From Trichoplax adhaerens (taxonomy: Eukaryota; Animalia; Placozoa): DNA of 64,000 bases. The notes beneath the pieces are model-generated. The model was not told the DNA's origin, did not search any database, and saw only the letters and a program-made list of their open reading frames with translations. Both the position numbers and the translations under genes were made by a program. Location of the stretch: contig NW_002060955.1 in the NCBI RefSeq assembly GCF_000150275.1, forward strand, positions 21,240 through 85,239. The letters are read 5' to 3'. This document shows positions 26,977 through 40,238 of this stretch, piece after piece; positions within the stretch are counted from its first letter, which is position 1; each line of letters starts with the position of its first letter.

Positions 26977-29900
26977 ATGCCAACGATACTGTCTTTCGTA
27001 GTCAATATTGAGAAAGATCCTCCCATCTTCTTTCCTGGTCAAACCGTTGTCGGCACCATCACCTTGATTTTGACCAAAGCAATCAAGCTAAAAGCGGTGA
27101 AGGTGCATATGTACGGTGGTGCTTGCACTCATATACGCTACAAAGATGGTAATGAAACCAAGATATTATATGACGAAGAAAAAGTAATCGATAAAATGGT
27201 AACACTATTTGGTCCAGGTATGTCAATAATGAAGTCTGCTTGTAAATAAGTTATTCTGCCTGTGTATTGAGTGCTGTGAAATGATGCTGATCGCTAAACC
27301 AATAAATAGAATAGGAAAAAACCAATCTTTTACAGCATACGAGTATACGACTTTTTGCTCCTTGTCATGTACGCAACATATTATTTTTTTTTACCGGTAG
27401 TGATGCAATACGGCAAATCTACAGTATTGCTGAAATCGATCATGATTCGTACTTTCAGAGCAATTGGCGTACTTACTGCTTTCAACAAACCGTCTACTAT
27501 CCAGTAAGCATAACTACGAAACACAGGAAGATTGCATGATCGACTCTTTTTATGTTATCACGCACTGACAATGTACATTTACTTTTCAAAACAATTCTCG
27601 TATTTTGTCTATTGATTGCCGCTCTCTTCAACATAAAATAGGTAGTGTTGAAGTTAAAAGTTAGCAGATCATTTTAAAGTTAGAGTTACCAAGAACTTGT
27701 TGTAGTAAGAATCTATATATTCGATAATAGACAGAGCAGACACCCTCTTTCTAAATTTTAGATTGGAGTACATTATCTATTGTTTCATCGTAACGTTAAT
27801 TGGGCTCTGCCACAAAGATAGATGTGAGTGCAGCAAGTATTATGCAGTAGTTAGCTATAGAAACTATTTTTCCTTTAATATAAAGCTTTATCAACGTTTT
27901 GTCTTGAATCGAACGCGCTTTAAACTTGGCCAAATTTAAACTTACATCGATGGCGTCTTAGCCTGATGAGATTACAATATCTCTATCGAAATTATTTTCA
28001 AAGCTTACGTTATGTAAAAGAGCATAGTGTCGCTGATATCCTTTCATCAACATTGACGTATTTACAGTATAAAGGGTATTTTATTTATTCGCCCCCAAAC
28101 ACTAAATAACGAACTTTTTGAAGTATTGCAATATAGATCATCAAAACACTCAGGAAATCCTTTTTCTACAGCAATATCGTTTTATTGCTGTACATTTCTT
28201 GACCAAAATCATTGATCCTTTCCTGTAATGAAGGTCTTGTTCTTATAGCATTGTTTACTATTGTCCAGTTGATGTGTACATTTGTTTTGTATTAATCGCA
28301 TGGAACCGTATAAGCATTAGTTATCATTTATATGGATTATTTTCCGATACTAAACTGAATTACATTGTTAACTGGCATAGCATGAATCCCGTCATCAACA
28401 AATTTCTGCACTAGAACGATTATCACATGCAAGGCGAGCACTACAATTTCATAGTCGGCAATTTACTATGTAATCAATTTCAATCCTATCATAATAACTG
28501 TGTGGCGTGTAACCAATATGGATTCACGAGGCTACACAATACTGCATTATTTGAATGGCCGTATAACGCTGATCGGTTTCGCTGAATTATTTCATTATTG
28601 GTGGCAATGAAATACTGTTATATAAGAAATGCAACGGTACAAAATACTCGTAAATCACTCTTAGCCTTATGATAATTGATGCTCTATTGTGAATGAGCAG
28701 AATACATAACCATTTTCTATGACAGTAGTTCATGCTTCATGCCATTATTTAAACGTTAGCTTAATCACTCTTTACCGGCCACAATTTTCCATGAACTATT
28801 GAACAATTTTAGGGTTGTTAATTCATCTTGCATAGTCCGCGTATCAAAGGCTAATTAAATTTTAGCGATGTGATTCCTGGTGTTATTGTGCTAATGAAGT
28901 CAATTTCGGTAGCAGAACATCTTCAACTGCAAATGTTACTGCATAATTAAAATGACACGTTGCAAAAATTGGATTGATTGATTTTATTGATACATGGCAA
29001 TTTTAAACTGTAATCATGTATCTGTTACGGCTAAAGTCGGTAATGCAGCCATTAGCGATATTGGCTAGCCAGTTTGATTCTAATTCCTGTAAATTAAGGA
29101 TAGTACTCAGCATTAGAAGGGTGAAGGTTTTGGTGTGGACTGTTTACGTATATTATCACCAATGATGACTAGTTACTAAGTTATAATAATATGCATCATT
29201 TACTGGTAAATGCAATGACGATGACGATCCAGTAGAGAAGTGCGAATTCGCGCAAGCACTAATACTCAAAACTTATTGAAGATATAGATTGCATTCTACA
29301 GCCTGAGGTGTTATGCGGTTTTGTAGGAAACAATCTGCGACTAGTAATGCTGCACAATTATGTGGGCCACGTTTTATTCGGCTTCAAAGTTGATTCTACT
29401 TGAACAATCAATAAATCAGAAATGCGATATGGATGTAAATGTAAAACTGTAGTTAGTAAACGGTTTTGCTTTGACTAACTATATTATAATTAACCTTTAA
29501 CGAATAGAGCAACGTGAAAATGAACAGTATCCAGTAATGCCTGAAGGACGCTACGATTACAAATTTAGTTTTAAATTACCGAAAACTAAACTGCCATCGA
29601 CTTATGAAGGTATGAAGGGTAATTATATTCGTTATTTCGTCGAAGCTTCTATTCACGTTCCATGGAAAAAGTACGAACCTAAAGCACGAAAGGCAATTAC
29701 TGTTCTCGAACTCGTAGATTGCAATAGAATCGATCTGAAGGTAATGCAATTTTACTCTCTCAGCCAACTAGTATGAAAAGTACATGTTGTTAAACATATT
29801 TAAAACGATTTTAATTAATAAATGGATGAAGTATTTGCTAGGGTCTTGCCAAAATGTTGTCGACAAACTTTGACTAAATAGATATGTTATTTTATTCGTA

Positions 29901-31397
29901 TACTAATGCCAGGGAGCACCGGAACTTCTCGAAAATGAGGTTGTCTTGTGTTGTTGGTGTTGCGCATCAGGTCCTATAAAATTAACTGGTCGGATTGATA
30001 AAAAGGCTGTGTGCTCAGGTGAAGATCTTGTACTGATAAAAGCTGAAGTTGATAATTGTTCTAGTAGAACGTTACATGGCATCAAAATTGACTTTAAGAA
30101 AATTGTCAGGACAAAGGCCTCGGGTAAGCCACTGCATAGCAAGTATCTTATGAATTAAAGTTATTATGTTAGCGATTCTTGAAAAATATTTACGTAAGGC
30201 GTATACCAGTAATTGAATTTGAAATGGAATAAGGCAATGAATTGCTTTATATATTTAAATGGAATGATAAAATGTTTTTGTCTCCCTCTTCATCATGCTG
30301 CAAAGGCCACAAAAGTATTGATGAGAAATCATACTGTAAGATGTCTTTTGATGAAGCCGTAGAGCCGCATAGAAAGCTTATGTTTGAAAATATCAAGATC
30401 AATATTCCATGTATTGCTCCAACGAATACCTTATCGAAAATTTTGAAAGTAGAATATGTTTTGCGGGTAAGTGATCTACTTAGCAATGCAATAATTCGCG
30501 GAATAGCCAATATTCCTATCAATCCTTAAAGAATAACAAGTATGTATATATATGCTGTAGTAAATATTCTTAATAGGTGTTTCTTAAATGTTATGGCAAT
30601 TATCCTTTATTTAGGTTTATGTAAAGGTTCCGATGGAGCCTAATCTCACTATAGATCTTCCTGTTATTGTTGGAACTATTCCTATTCGTATAAAAACTGG
30701 ATTACCCCGGAATGCAGCCGCCGCAGCTGGCCCCAGTATAAGTAAGTCACCATTGCAAGAATTAGGCCCTTCGCAGTTAGATAATGCAATTACGCCAATA
30801 GCAATGAAACAAACTGCTGTTGCTAAAGAGACTAACGCTAAGCAAGATCCAGCTCCTCCAGTCAACCGAGCTTATCAATCAGTCACAGAAGACTCTTGCA
30901 TTTATTGCGCCGCAGGTAATTAAATGCATGTATTAATGCCTTTATTACAATATACAGGTGCATCTATTTAAATTATGATAGGCATACATGCAATATCATC
31001 ATGTTCTATTATATTTATGGTGTCGTTTATCAGTGTAACTACACGTATTTTTTATCGAATTGTACTTAGGCTATGCACAACTAGGCAACAAATCACAAAA
31101 TCAGCTACAGACATCGCCTTCGAGTAATTCCTTGCACGATACTATCCGCGGTATTGAGAGCTCTTTTATTTCTTAAAAAATTCATAGATCTACTAACTAT
31201 GCGTATTAATCCTATCATTCGTTAAATTTATATTTTTTTTATTTACTATAGATCACTTCGCCGATGCGTCTGATATTCCTCCGCCCACATATGAACCTTG
31301 TATAGATGGCACGGTTGACATCAAAGGTGGAGATGGCGATTACGTTGGTGATACACTTTTTACCCCGTTATATCCAGTTTTTCATCCTGTTACATAA
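26977..31397 (+). CDS. Alpha-arrestin gene 4, 7 exons, 457 aa, with PPxY
   Basis: Exons 26977-27217, 29508-29740, 29913-30123, 30306-30466, 30615-30915, 31070-31150 and 31252-31397. Motifs IFFPGQTVVG, GRYDYKFSFKLP, LPSTYEG..GNYIRY, LCCWCCASGP and DLPVIVGTIP. The last exon reads IPPPTYEPCIDG...FTPLYPVFHPVT*. Confidence 0.93.
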
Positions 31398-33344
31398 TGG
31401 AAGAGATTGCTTATCCTTCGTCTGCAAATTCGTGTTGCAAAATTCAAATACAATCTATCGCAATTCAATTTAAATTACTAGGCTTGGAGTCATTTGAAAA
31501 TTATGAATTTCGTATGGTTGACCATGAAAAAGGAAACTGTTACGCGTAGCGTTCTCGAATTAAATTAATGTTCTTTATGGTCGCTGCTATTTCGGAAAGA
31601 ATTTCCGTTTGTATTCTTGTAAGCAGTGATTCAAGGAAAAGCTTTTTTATTATAGCGGAATATAATGTAGGTAAAGTGATACTAAAAGCCTTTTAATGCA
31701 TATATCTAATACATAAACTTAGAGCCATCCCTCCGATCAAAGTATTTTACGATTTACGCTATATGTATGTTATCATGAAGTGGTAATTAAGTTGTCACAG
31801 ATTATATGAAATACATTGACGGTATTGGTACTGTTTTTGTACAATTTGTCGTGTATATTAAGCTCCAGGTTGCATGTTCTTTACTAAAATTGCCTCAGTA
31901 TTTGTTACTAGTGTCCATTATAAAATTTCTTGTTGCAGGCTAGTGCTGAATGTCTAAAATTGGCACTAATTAATGACTATTGCTCCGCACGGTTATAATT
32001 TGATGCTAGAGACATTTATCAATGTTTTCAACCACTAAATTCTATGGGCATAAGAATTATTACTGCAAGCGTTGACATACTGTACAGTACTAGCTCCGTC
32101 GATACTTACAATATATATAAAATGATACATATCTGTAATGATATAATGTATATCTAATTATACGATTATTGTGTACATGAGTATATTTCACTATTTGAAA
32201 GCATAATTGTTGTTTTTTTACAATATTCACATAGCGTTCTTTTGATTTCATTATATTAATGTTAAGAAAACAGCTGTACAGTGTACAGTACATGCTTTAA
32301 TTTCTGCTAGAAACGATGTTTTGGTTATCATATACAGTATAACCTATGTCATTGTAGACACTACGACAGAAGTAAGAAAACTTAAATATTTGTAACTATG
32401 ATAATAACTGTTGAAAATTTCAATTTGTAATGGAGTAGACTGATGAGACTTTCTTTACTTTGTAAATGCATAACATATTGATGTCGTCATTATTCACAAT
32501 GTAAATGCCTGAATAGTTTTAACTCTTTCGAATTTATGTCATAAAGGCATAAGTATGTTCGTACACCGTATCGTTGTTAGGATTAATTCGTAACGATGAT
32601 TTGGTATTATCGGAGTGATGCTTTGCTTATGATATCGTATTAATTGATTAATTAAAGCGCATTTGTACTGTACTAGAGAGATGTTCGAAATTCTTACATC
32701 TCGATATCTCCATGACAATTACGTACTGCGTGATTCATTGCGTCTAAAAAAGTAGATAGAATTCTTCTCTTCATGGTGTACTCGACGCAATATGAGTACA
32801 TTGTCGACTGTCACGCTACCCCTGTCGCGACGAGTACTGTTATACTTGTATATATATAGATTGTTAGCAACTAGTGAGATACCTAATTTATAAGAGTACT
32901 CCAAGGTCAGATCGTGTTCTGATCATGGTAAATTTTATGTTGTATGCGTGCTCTAACTTATTTTCAAGTAGAGCTTGAAGTCATACTAATATCGATATAA
33001 GAATATACTATACGACAAGTGAAATTGTCTATCCGTATTAATACCCATAGACAAGTATATGCTGTAGCTACTCGCGAATTGATAGGAGTTACGAAAGCGA
33101 GTTACTTTTGAAATAAAGAGAGTTCTAGTTTCGATATTCGTGGAGACTGGTGTCTGCTTAAATGCCATTGGAAGCAGTTTCTATGATACAAAAAGTGATT
33201 GCGATATCAGCATAGGGTACGTGTGCATTACGCCGTAAGTAGAGCTATTCGCCATTCTCGAAGACTGCACAAACAAACACCCTGGTCTGGGCTATAGAAA
33301 TGGAATTGTGGCAGTGTTATATGCTGTATGAGAGTAAAAATATC

Positions 33345-33625
33345 TATGTTAGGATAATTCTGTTAGCCTGTCCTTATTTTAGTTGACTTCTAAGTTATGA
33401 CTCATGAACTATTGAGGACGAGTATATAAACGCAATATAAAGTGTAATAACGTTATCTCTTACACTGAGTGTTTAACGTAAAATACGAAGCGTCCAAGTC
33501 TTTGTGTAGTTTGCTAGTAGAGTAAAAGTGTTCCTAATAGTAAAGAAGTCGTTCCTTGATACGTGGTTCAAGGAATTGACTTATAGATCGTACATTACGT
33601 TATCTTGTTGCAAAGCTGTTTGTGG
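33345..33625 (+). mobile_element. Dispersed repeat, copy A (possible non-autonomous transposon remnant)
   Basis: It matches the reverse complement of about 53972-54203 and about 54515-54565. It contains the internal inverted repeat TTCCTTGA...TCAAGGAA. No TIRs or TSDs were identified. Confidence 0.6.
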
Positions 33626-34130
33626 CAGGAATGTAGATCATAACTGTACATTCTCCATAATCTACAATATGAAAACTGTATGAGTTTTCTTTCTTAATCT
33701 TTCAGATCGTTAGAGTAAGTTTCATTTCATTTGGATGGATTGTGAATAGAATTAAGAATATCCATATTATTAATATCATAAGTGATTGCAATATTAGCCT
33801 ACTGTACGTGTGCATCACACCGTACGTATCACTATCCACCATTCTTGAAGACAGCACAACTACCCTGGTCTGGGCTGTAGAAATGGAATGTAGACCATCA
33901 TTGCACAGTACATTCTCCATAATCTACAGTACAGTATGAAAGCTGTAAGTGTTTACTTTCTTCAGCTTTCAGATCGTTAGAGTAAGTCTCACTTCCTAAG
34001 CACCTTGGTCTGGGCTATTGAAATGGAATGTGGACCTTATTCACTGTATATTCTCCACAATCGACAGTATGAAAGCTGTCAGTGTTTTCTTTCTTAATCT
34101 TTCAGAGCGTTGAAATAAGTTTCATTTCCT
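33625..34130. repeat. Cluster of diverged repeats of about 130 bp (3 copies)
   Basis: GAATGTAGA...CATTCTCCATAATCTAC...TATGAAAGCTGT...TCTTTCAGATCGTTAGAGTAAGT occurs at about 33628, 33886 and 34026. The upstream segment 33804-33895 also resembles 33217-33310. Confidence 0.8.
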
Positions 34131-34267
34131 TGGGAACTAGACCGAGTTATGGGGACAGCTAATTATAGACATGATAGAATTTAGAATGTCAACAAGAATA
34201 ATGATGAATATATGATATAAAATATCGATAAGCGTGATCCTTTTACAAAACTCTGCGCTTTACATTG

Positions 34268-34375
34268 CCGTACTGTACTGCACACTGTACAGTACTGTAT
34301 AGTAGTTTTAGTACAGTATTGTACAGTACATTGTATTCATTTATTCTAGTGTACTGTACACTGTACAGTACAGTG
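34268..34375. repeat. Low-complexity (TACAG/CTGTA)n tract
   Basis: GTACTGTACTGCACACTGTACAGTACTGTATAGTAG...TACAGTACAGT; a similar tract lies at 34815-34922. Confidence 0.8.
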
Positions 34376-34406
34376 CGACGATAGTGCTGACGCACTCACA
34401 CTATTG

Positions 34407-34823
34407 ACAGCTGGTGATCTTGCTGAGTCTTCTCGTCTCAATCATTGACTTGTAGTGTAGAAGTATCTAGAAAAATTTTGAATGGAAAACCTTTCAGAAC
34501 AACTTGGCTGGGCTGGTTCCAGTCTTGTACAGCTGGTGATCTTGCTGAGTCTTCTCGTCTCAGTCATTGACTTGTAGTGTAGAAGTATCTAGAAAACTTG
34601 GAGGTATTCCATCGAATGGAAAACCTTTCAGAACGACTTGGCTGGGCTGATTCCAGTCTTTTAGGACAGTACAGTACAGCTGGTGATCTTGCTGAGTCTT
34701 CTCGTCTCTGTCATTGACTTGTAGTGTAGAAGTATCTAGAAAACTTGGAGGTATTCCATCGAATGGAAAACCTTTCAAAACGACTTGGCTGGGCTGATTC
34801 CAGTCTTTCAGGACAGTACAGTA
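34407..34823. repeat. Tandem repeat, 147-bp unit x3 (first copy shortened to 122 bp)
   Basis: ACAGCTGGTGATCTTGCTGAGTCTTCTCGTCTC... at 34407, 34529 and 34676. Confidence 0.93.
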
Positions 34824-35560
34824 CATTCTATTCTACAGTATAATATTACTGTACTGTACACTGTAATGCTTCCAACCTGTCAGCAAATCCCCTTGTACAG
34901 TACAGCACGTACATACAGTACTATTAGGCTGCGGGTTAGGGTTAGCGGAAGGGAGCTGGTTGTGTTCAGCAGACCGTTGGATTGGGTAAGACGGTGTTAT
35001 TCACTTAATTAATAGCGGTTTTTGACGCCATATTGGGAGATAGCCAAAGGAACACCTAGTTGTCGCTGATATTGGGGCAAAATCCAACTAGTCTAGCCAG
35101 AAGAGCATCGCTTGAAGGGAGATTGCAACCTTGGTTGCGTATTATATCCTACAGACGGTCCGATCTCGTCCATCCAGTTTTTGCACGTAATCTCATTGAA
35201 TACCAGTTTGCTGTTAGGAACAATCGCCACCTCGATCGTAGTACTGTAGATGGGTATTGAATGCTTATTTGTCATCGTGATTGGTTTCGATTTTAGTCTT
35301 AAATAGGAACGACGGGACTGTAGGAGGGAAAAGCTTGGACACAAGTCATTCACTCTGCCATTTCTAATTCAAGATTGTTCAAGGTGAAATTCTATTTTGA
35401 TCGCTAGATTAGCAATCAATACAAGTATACTGCGTGCAATCTCTTTTGCAGCGTAATTTGGCAGCCTACAAGTTTGTTGACACGACGTTGTACAACCATT
35501 TGGACGTTTGCTAGCGTTTACCTGACTACTACACTCATCATTGTACATCTTTTTCCAAGA

Positions 35561-38500
35561 ATGGTCAAAATAGAAATATTCAAAATATCTCTCGTTGATG
35601 ATCAAGAGGTGTTTTATCCTGGACAACCGATTGAAGGTGTTGTTCACCTCCAATTAAATCAACCTCTACAGCTCAAGTTTCTTCGCCTCAAATTATGCGG
35701 CCGTTCACAAAGTAAATTAAAACTCAATCACACTGGTCACGGCACCACCACTCATCGAGATGAAGAACTATTTCATAGCGATGTCATGATACTCATCGGT
35801 AAAGGTAGGTTGTGTAACATCCTTTTGCTTTTGACCATCAAAGTCAAATATCGACTAGACGATTCTACCCTACATTAAGCTAAAATTAAAATCAATTGCC
35901 AACAGCGTTGCTTGCACGAATAGACAGAGTTCATGAACAAGGAAGCTAGAAATCATTCTACTCTACTGTATTCAAGATGCGTTCACTGTTCCATTTTGAC
36001 TTTGTATCATCCGCGATGCAGTATTGGATGACAATGTGAAATTGCAATCGACTTGATCCTAATGCAATCGTACGAATGTACAGTACATGGAATCAATAAT
36101 AGACAAAATCTTCATGTGTACGAGAGAGTTGACCCTTTTTAGACAAATTGGGAAGTACTTCAATCTCTTCAACCTATTCTCTTAGTAAGACGTCAATAGA
36201 ACAGCATGAACTACCGCTTATATTGCCAGCAGTAAGATCAGTTAAATTCTTCCATGTAGGGATAAGGCATGAATTCCGTTTATCAAAAGTAAGATATCAT
36301 CCATTGCAAGGGTAAGCCCACTTCGATACTGTAAATAGTTAAGTCAACAATACTTGACAAAAGTATTCGTTTTCCTTAACCCTTCAAGAATCTACCTTGA
36401 AATCGTTTATCATTTCTTATGAACAATTCCCGACAGCATGGAGGGGCAAACAAATAGTTCAATAGCCGATTTAATGCATACCATGGAGAAATAATGCTAA
36501 ACGACTAAACTCGGTTTGTTGGTCGCTGTCTACCATTGTAAATTATAACGAGTTTTGGAGACCAAGCCTGGTCAGTAATTAATTATGATTGTTATTGGTT
36601 ATGTTCCGATGTTGGACGTATGCTTTTTAAATTATAATAACATGAAACAGTAGCATATCTTGACGTCAGTATTTTTCTATATTAATTTACTGCAAAGTTG
36701 GTGTTCATCATTTAGTGACTTGTATAGCACTTGTCCTAACTGGAGTATAGGATAAGTCGGTCAACATGGAAACAATCGTGCTATCGACGAGTTAGAAACA
36801 TTCCAGTGATTTCAACACACGATCAATTCGATTGAAAAATCCTATTTTCAGGTCTGAAAAATTTCTAAGCCCCTATGCTATGATTGGATACGAATAGATC
36901 AATACTACAATATTACTCTAAGCAAGTTGTTGTGTCAATTGTTCTAGTCTGGCAGTGAGAGCAAAGCAAAACGATCACCACTGTAAAATTGCGATCAGTA
37001 GACAGGTTCTCTTAACTCATTTCTGATAGAATCAATTTCATTAAAATCAAATTATAGCACCATATTTCATTGCCAAAACTGGCGATGGTAGCTGCTATGG
37101 AGGAAAAATAAAGTTCAAAGGTAGTCCATGACAGGTTTAACCAGTTTCCAACGAATTGATTGTCATCGCGATTGCGAATTGTTTTCTTTGTCAGGTTGCA
37201 CAAAAGCGCAAATGCCTAAACGCTACGCCATTGTTTTGTACATCGCAGTATCCAGTCAGTAGAATCAATCCATAAGCAATTCTGCTTGGAGACACTATAA
37301 CCGGTAAATTTCCTGTCGATATCGTCAAAACGATCATATGATTGTGATGCATCCTGGCGCCAATAGAATGCCATTTAAAATAGTATTAACAGTCCCATCG
37401 TGATGGTGGCCTTGAATTCATGAGTGGTTCAATGCCATCATTAGCTACAGTCAATGGAGTGTTGTTGCGCTTGGTTAAATTAGATTGCAGTAGCAGTAGA
37501 GAAATGATGCAGTTGGTGATGACGTAGTTTTGGCCATGACGGTGCATCAATCATTTTAATGTTGATCTATTTTTCAATCTTGTTTGTTTGAGTTGACATA
37601 ATCGATTGCATTTTCTGCATCGTTGATTCCCTTTTTCACTCTTGCTAGAGGACTCTCGATCAGAGATTGGTAAAGCCGTCTCTGGCACTCAACATCATAC
37701 TCTAGTATTCCCTTTTCACTCTTGCTATAGGACTCTCGATCACAGATTGGTAAAGCCATCTCTTGCACGCAAAATCATACTCTAGTATTCGTTTAATTTA
37801 CTCTTGCTAGATGACTCTCGATCACAGATTGGTAAAGCCATCTCTTGCACGCAAAATCATACTCGAGTATTCCCTTTTCACTCTTGCTATAGGACTCTCG
37901 ATCACAGATTGGTAAAGCCATCTCTTGCACTCAAAATCACACTCTAGTATTCCCTTTTCACTCTTGCTATATGACTTTCGATCACAGATTGGTAAAGCCA
38001 TCTCTGGCACTCAAAATCATACTCTAGTATTCGTTTAATTTACAAGAGAAGACAGACAACGTTTGTGTTGCACTCTAAGTTAGCCCTTTATTAAACTTTG
38101 ACGAATAATGACGCAATAACTTCATTGTGTAGATAACAAACGTGGATTGCTATCTTGATATTGGAACTTGAATGGGTTTTATGATTCAACAACGGTAGAA
38201 TATCATCGGGCAGCGAGACTGATTAAATTGGACTATGGGTTATGGAGTACACTTTCATTTCGTTCCTTCAACTGCCAGGTGTGATTTGACGATCAAAATG
38301 AACCCTAACATTAATCAACTGACAAGTAACAGGAATGAATGATTTCATCCAGTCGCATTTTTGGCATTAGCTGCTATATCAAGCGGCAGAGCTAGTACAT
38401 AGAGATACAGTTGATATCGATCTAGAGGTAGTTGCTTTGCATTGTCATAATCAATGCAATACTGGCTGTAAATCAAGTTTTATGACGATATTGAGTAATA

Positions 38501-40238
38501 TAGACCAGTAGAAGCCAATTCAAAACAATAAAATACCAAGAACGAAATGTTATTAAGCTGGATTAGATTGCTTCAACTTGAACGCATAAATGAATAATAA
38601 ACTCTTCTTGCATGTGTATATCCAATCTACCGTTATTGATATTTGTAAATTTCTTTCTCAGAAAATTTCGACAGAAATGAAATTGCTCCCAAAATAGATG
38701 AAGGATCGCATGATTTCCCCTTTCGATTTGTCTTACCAGATGGAAATATACCAGCTTCATATGAGGACAGGAACGGTAACAATATCGGATACTTTGTGGA
38801 AGCACGAATACGAAGACCATGGAAAGTAGATGAAGTTGCGCAGAAAATTTTCAATGTAAAAGAAATTATTGACTGCAACTTACCGGAATACAATGTAAGT
38901 TGCTATGTTTTTGCTCGATTTCGATAACGGAACACATACACTTATTACCACTGATTAAATATTGCAACTTACCGGGTCAATGACCATATGTGCACAACTT
39001 AAAATGTTGAAAGAATAGAGTAGAATTCATCAACTGTATCACTCTTACTAAAACCCTATTAATATTACGATCATCGTTTGCTTGACGACTTCTTTCCAGC
39101 CTACAACCGTGAATTATCTTTTTCTCGCTGTACAGTACAGTAGTGTTAAAACGCAATTGCGTTGTCAAGGATAATTTTAAGAACAAAATATCGTATTCGG
39201 CAAATGACAGCGATTAATTTCCTGTACTTCACAACTATAGGTACAACCGCCTCCTGTTAAAAAGGAATGGAAATTATATAGCCTACTAAATAAGAATAAA
39301 CCCATTATTCTCACTGCTAGTACGGATCGGTTAGCCTACTTCCCTGGAGAAAGGATCGAAATCCTTGATACAAAAGTTGTTAACGGAAGCTCTCGAACTT
39401 TAAACAACGTGAAATTAGAATTTATACAAAAAATTACCTATAAAGCTCGAGGTAATAAGTCGTAAATATTTTGCGGATGCATAAACTATCCTTCAATTTT
39501 ATCACAACTTTATGTTCTGGATCAATTGCTTTACCAATTCTGCTTATTTAAACAATTCTATTTTGCATTTGCAAATTCTATACCATCAGAGCATAAACTC
39601 AGTAGAAGGAAATGTTTTCGTTGTAAAAGTTCTAACCAACCAATCAAGCCTGATGAGGTTTTCGACTGGCCGAATTTGTCAGTAGTAGTACCTGCTGCGT
39701 CACCAACTTTGGATTGCAATACCTTGATTACGGTTAAATATTTCATAAAGGTAATAATTTGTTATATTACTAAACTATAAAATGTAATATATCGTAATTA
39801 ATGTTTCATCGAAATAATAATTACACATATCCTTGCTGGTCATAGATCACCGTTATGGTTCCTTATTCCTTCAACCAATATATTAAACTGCCTGTAATTA
39901 TTGGAACAGTACCCTTGCGATACGATGGGCAATTACCACCAACATATGAAGAGGCCCAAAACGGTAATTGTTGATGACAGATTTATAATTTATTCATTTT
40001 TATTGTAGTTGTACTAGCTAATAAATGAAGGCTAAGAGATTTATTAATCGTGCTCAATTATAACCGCATATTATGTTCATCAGCCGAGAATACTCCTGAT
40101 GCCTCATTACCGAATTATTTTGACTGTGTTGAAAGAAGTATTGGGTACCTCGACTTTGATGTCAGTAATTTATACCGAAATAAAGATAAGGATGAAATGC
40201 TACCTCGTTATCCATCCGTATTCCCAACAGAGGTATAA
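35561..40238 (+). CDS. Alpha-arrestin gene 5, 6 exons, 373 aa, with PPxY and LPxY
   Basis: Exons 35561-35804, 38662-38894, 39241-39451, 39590-39750, 39846-39963 and 40084-40238. Motifs VFYPGQPIEG, GSHDFPFRFVLP, IPASYED, RRPWKVD, AYFPGE, LPVIIGTVP, LPPTYEEA and SLPNY; ends PRYPSVFPTEV*. Confidence 0.93.
37627..38043. repeat. Tandem minisatellite, about 80-bp unit x5, in intron 1 of arrestin gene 5
   Basis: GACTCTCGATCACAGATTGGTAAAGCC-type core at 37651, 37731, 37813, 37893 and 37973. Confidence 0.95.

Noticed and set aside
34933-34945. GGGTTAGGGTTAG as an interstitial telomere
   Set aside because: Only two units, which is compatible with chance or a promoter motif.
35060-35353. Short ORFs in the relatively GC-rich region upstream of gene 5
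   Set aside because: No domain signal; more likely promoter or repeat sequence.
37574-38010. Two similar minus-strand ORFs (M.EMALPICDR...)
   Set aside because: They are by-products of the 80-bp minisatellite, whose unit length is not a multiple of 3.
21110-39746. Minus-strand ORFs overlapping arrestin exons (e.g. 21110-21307, 22398-22721, 29903-30142, 30617-30865, 38633-38893)
   Set aside because: They are antisense shadows of real plus-strand exons.
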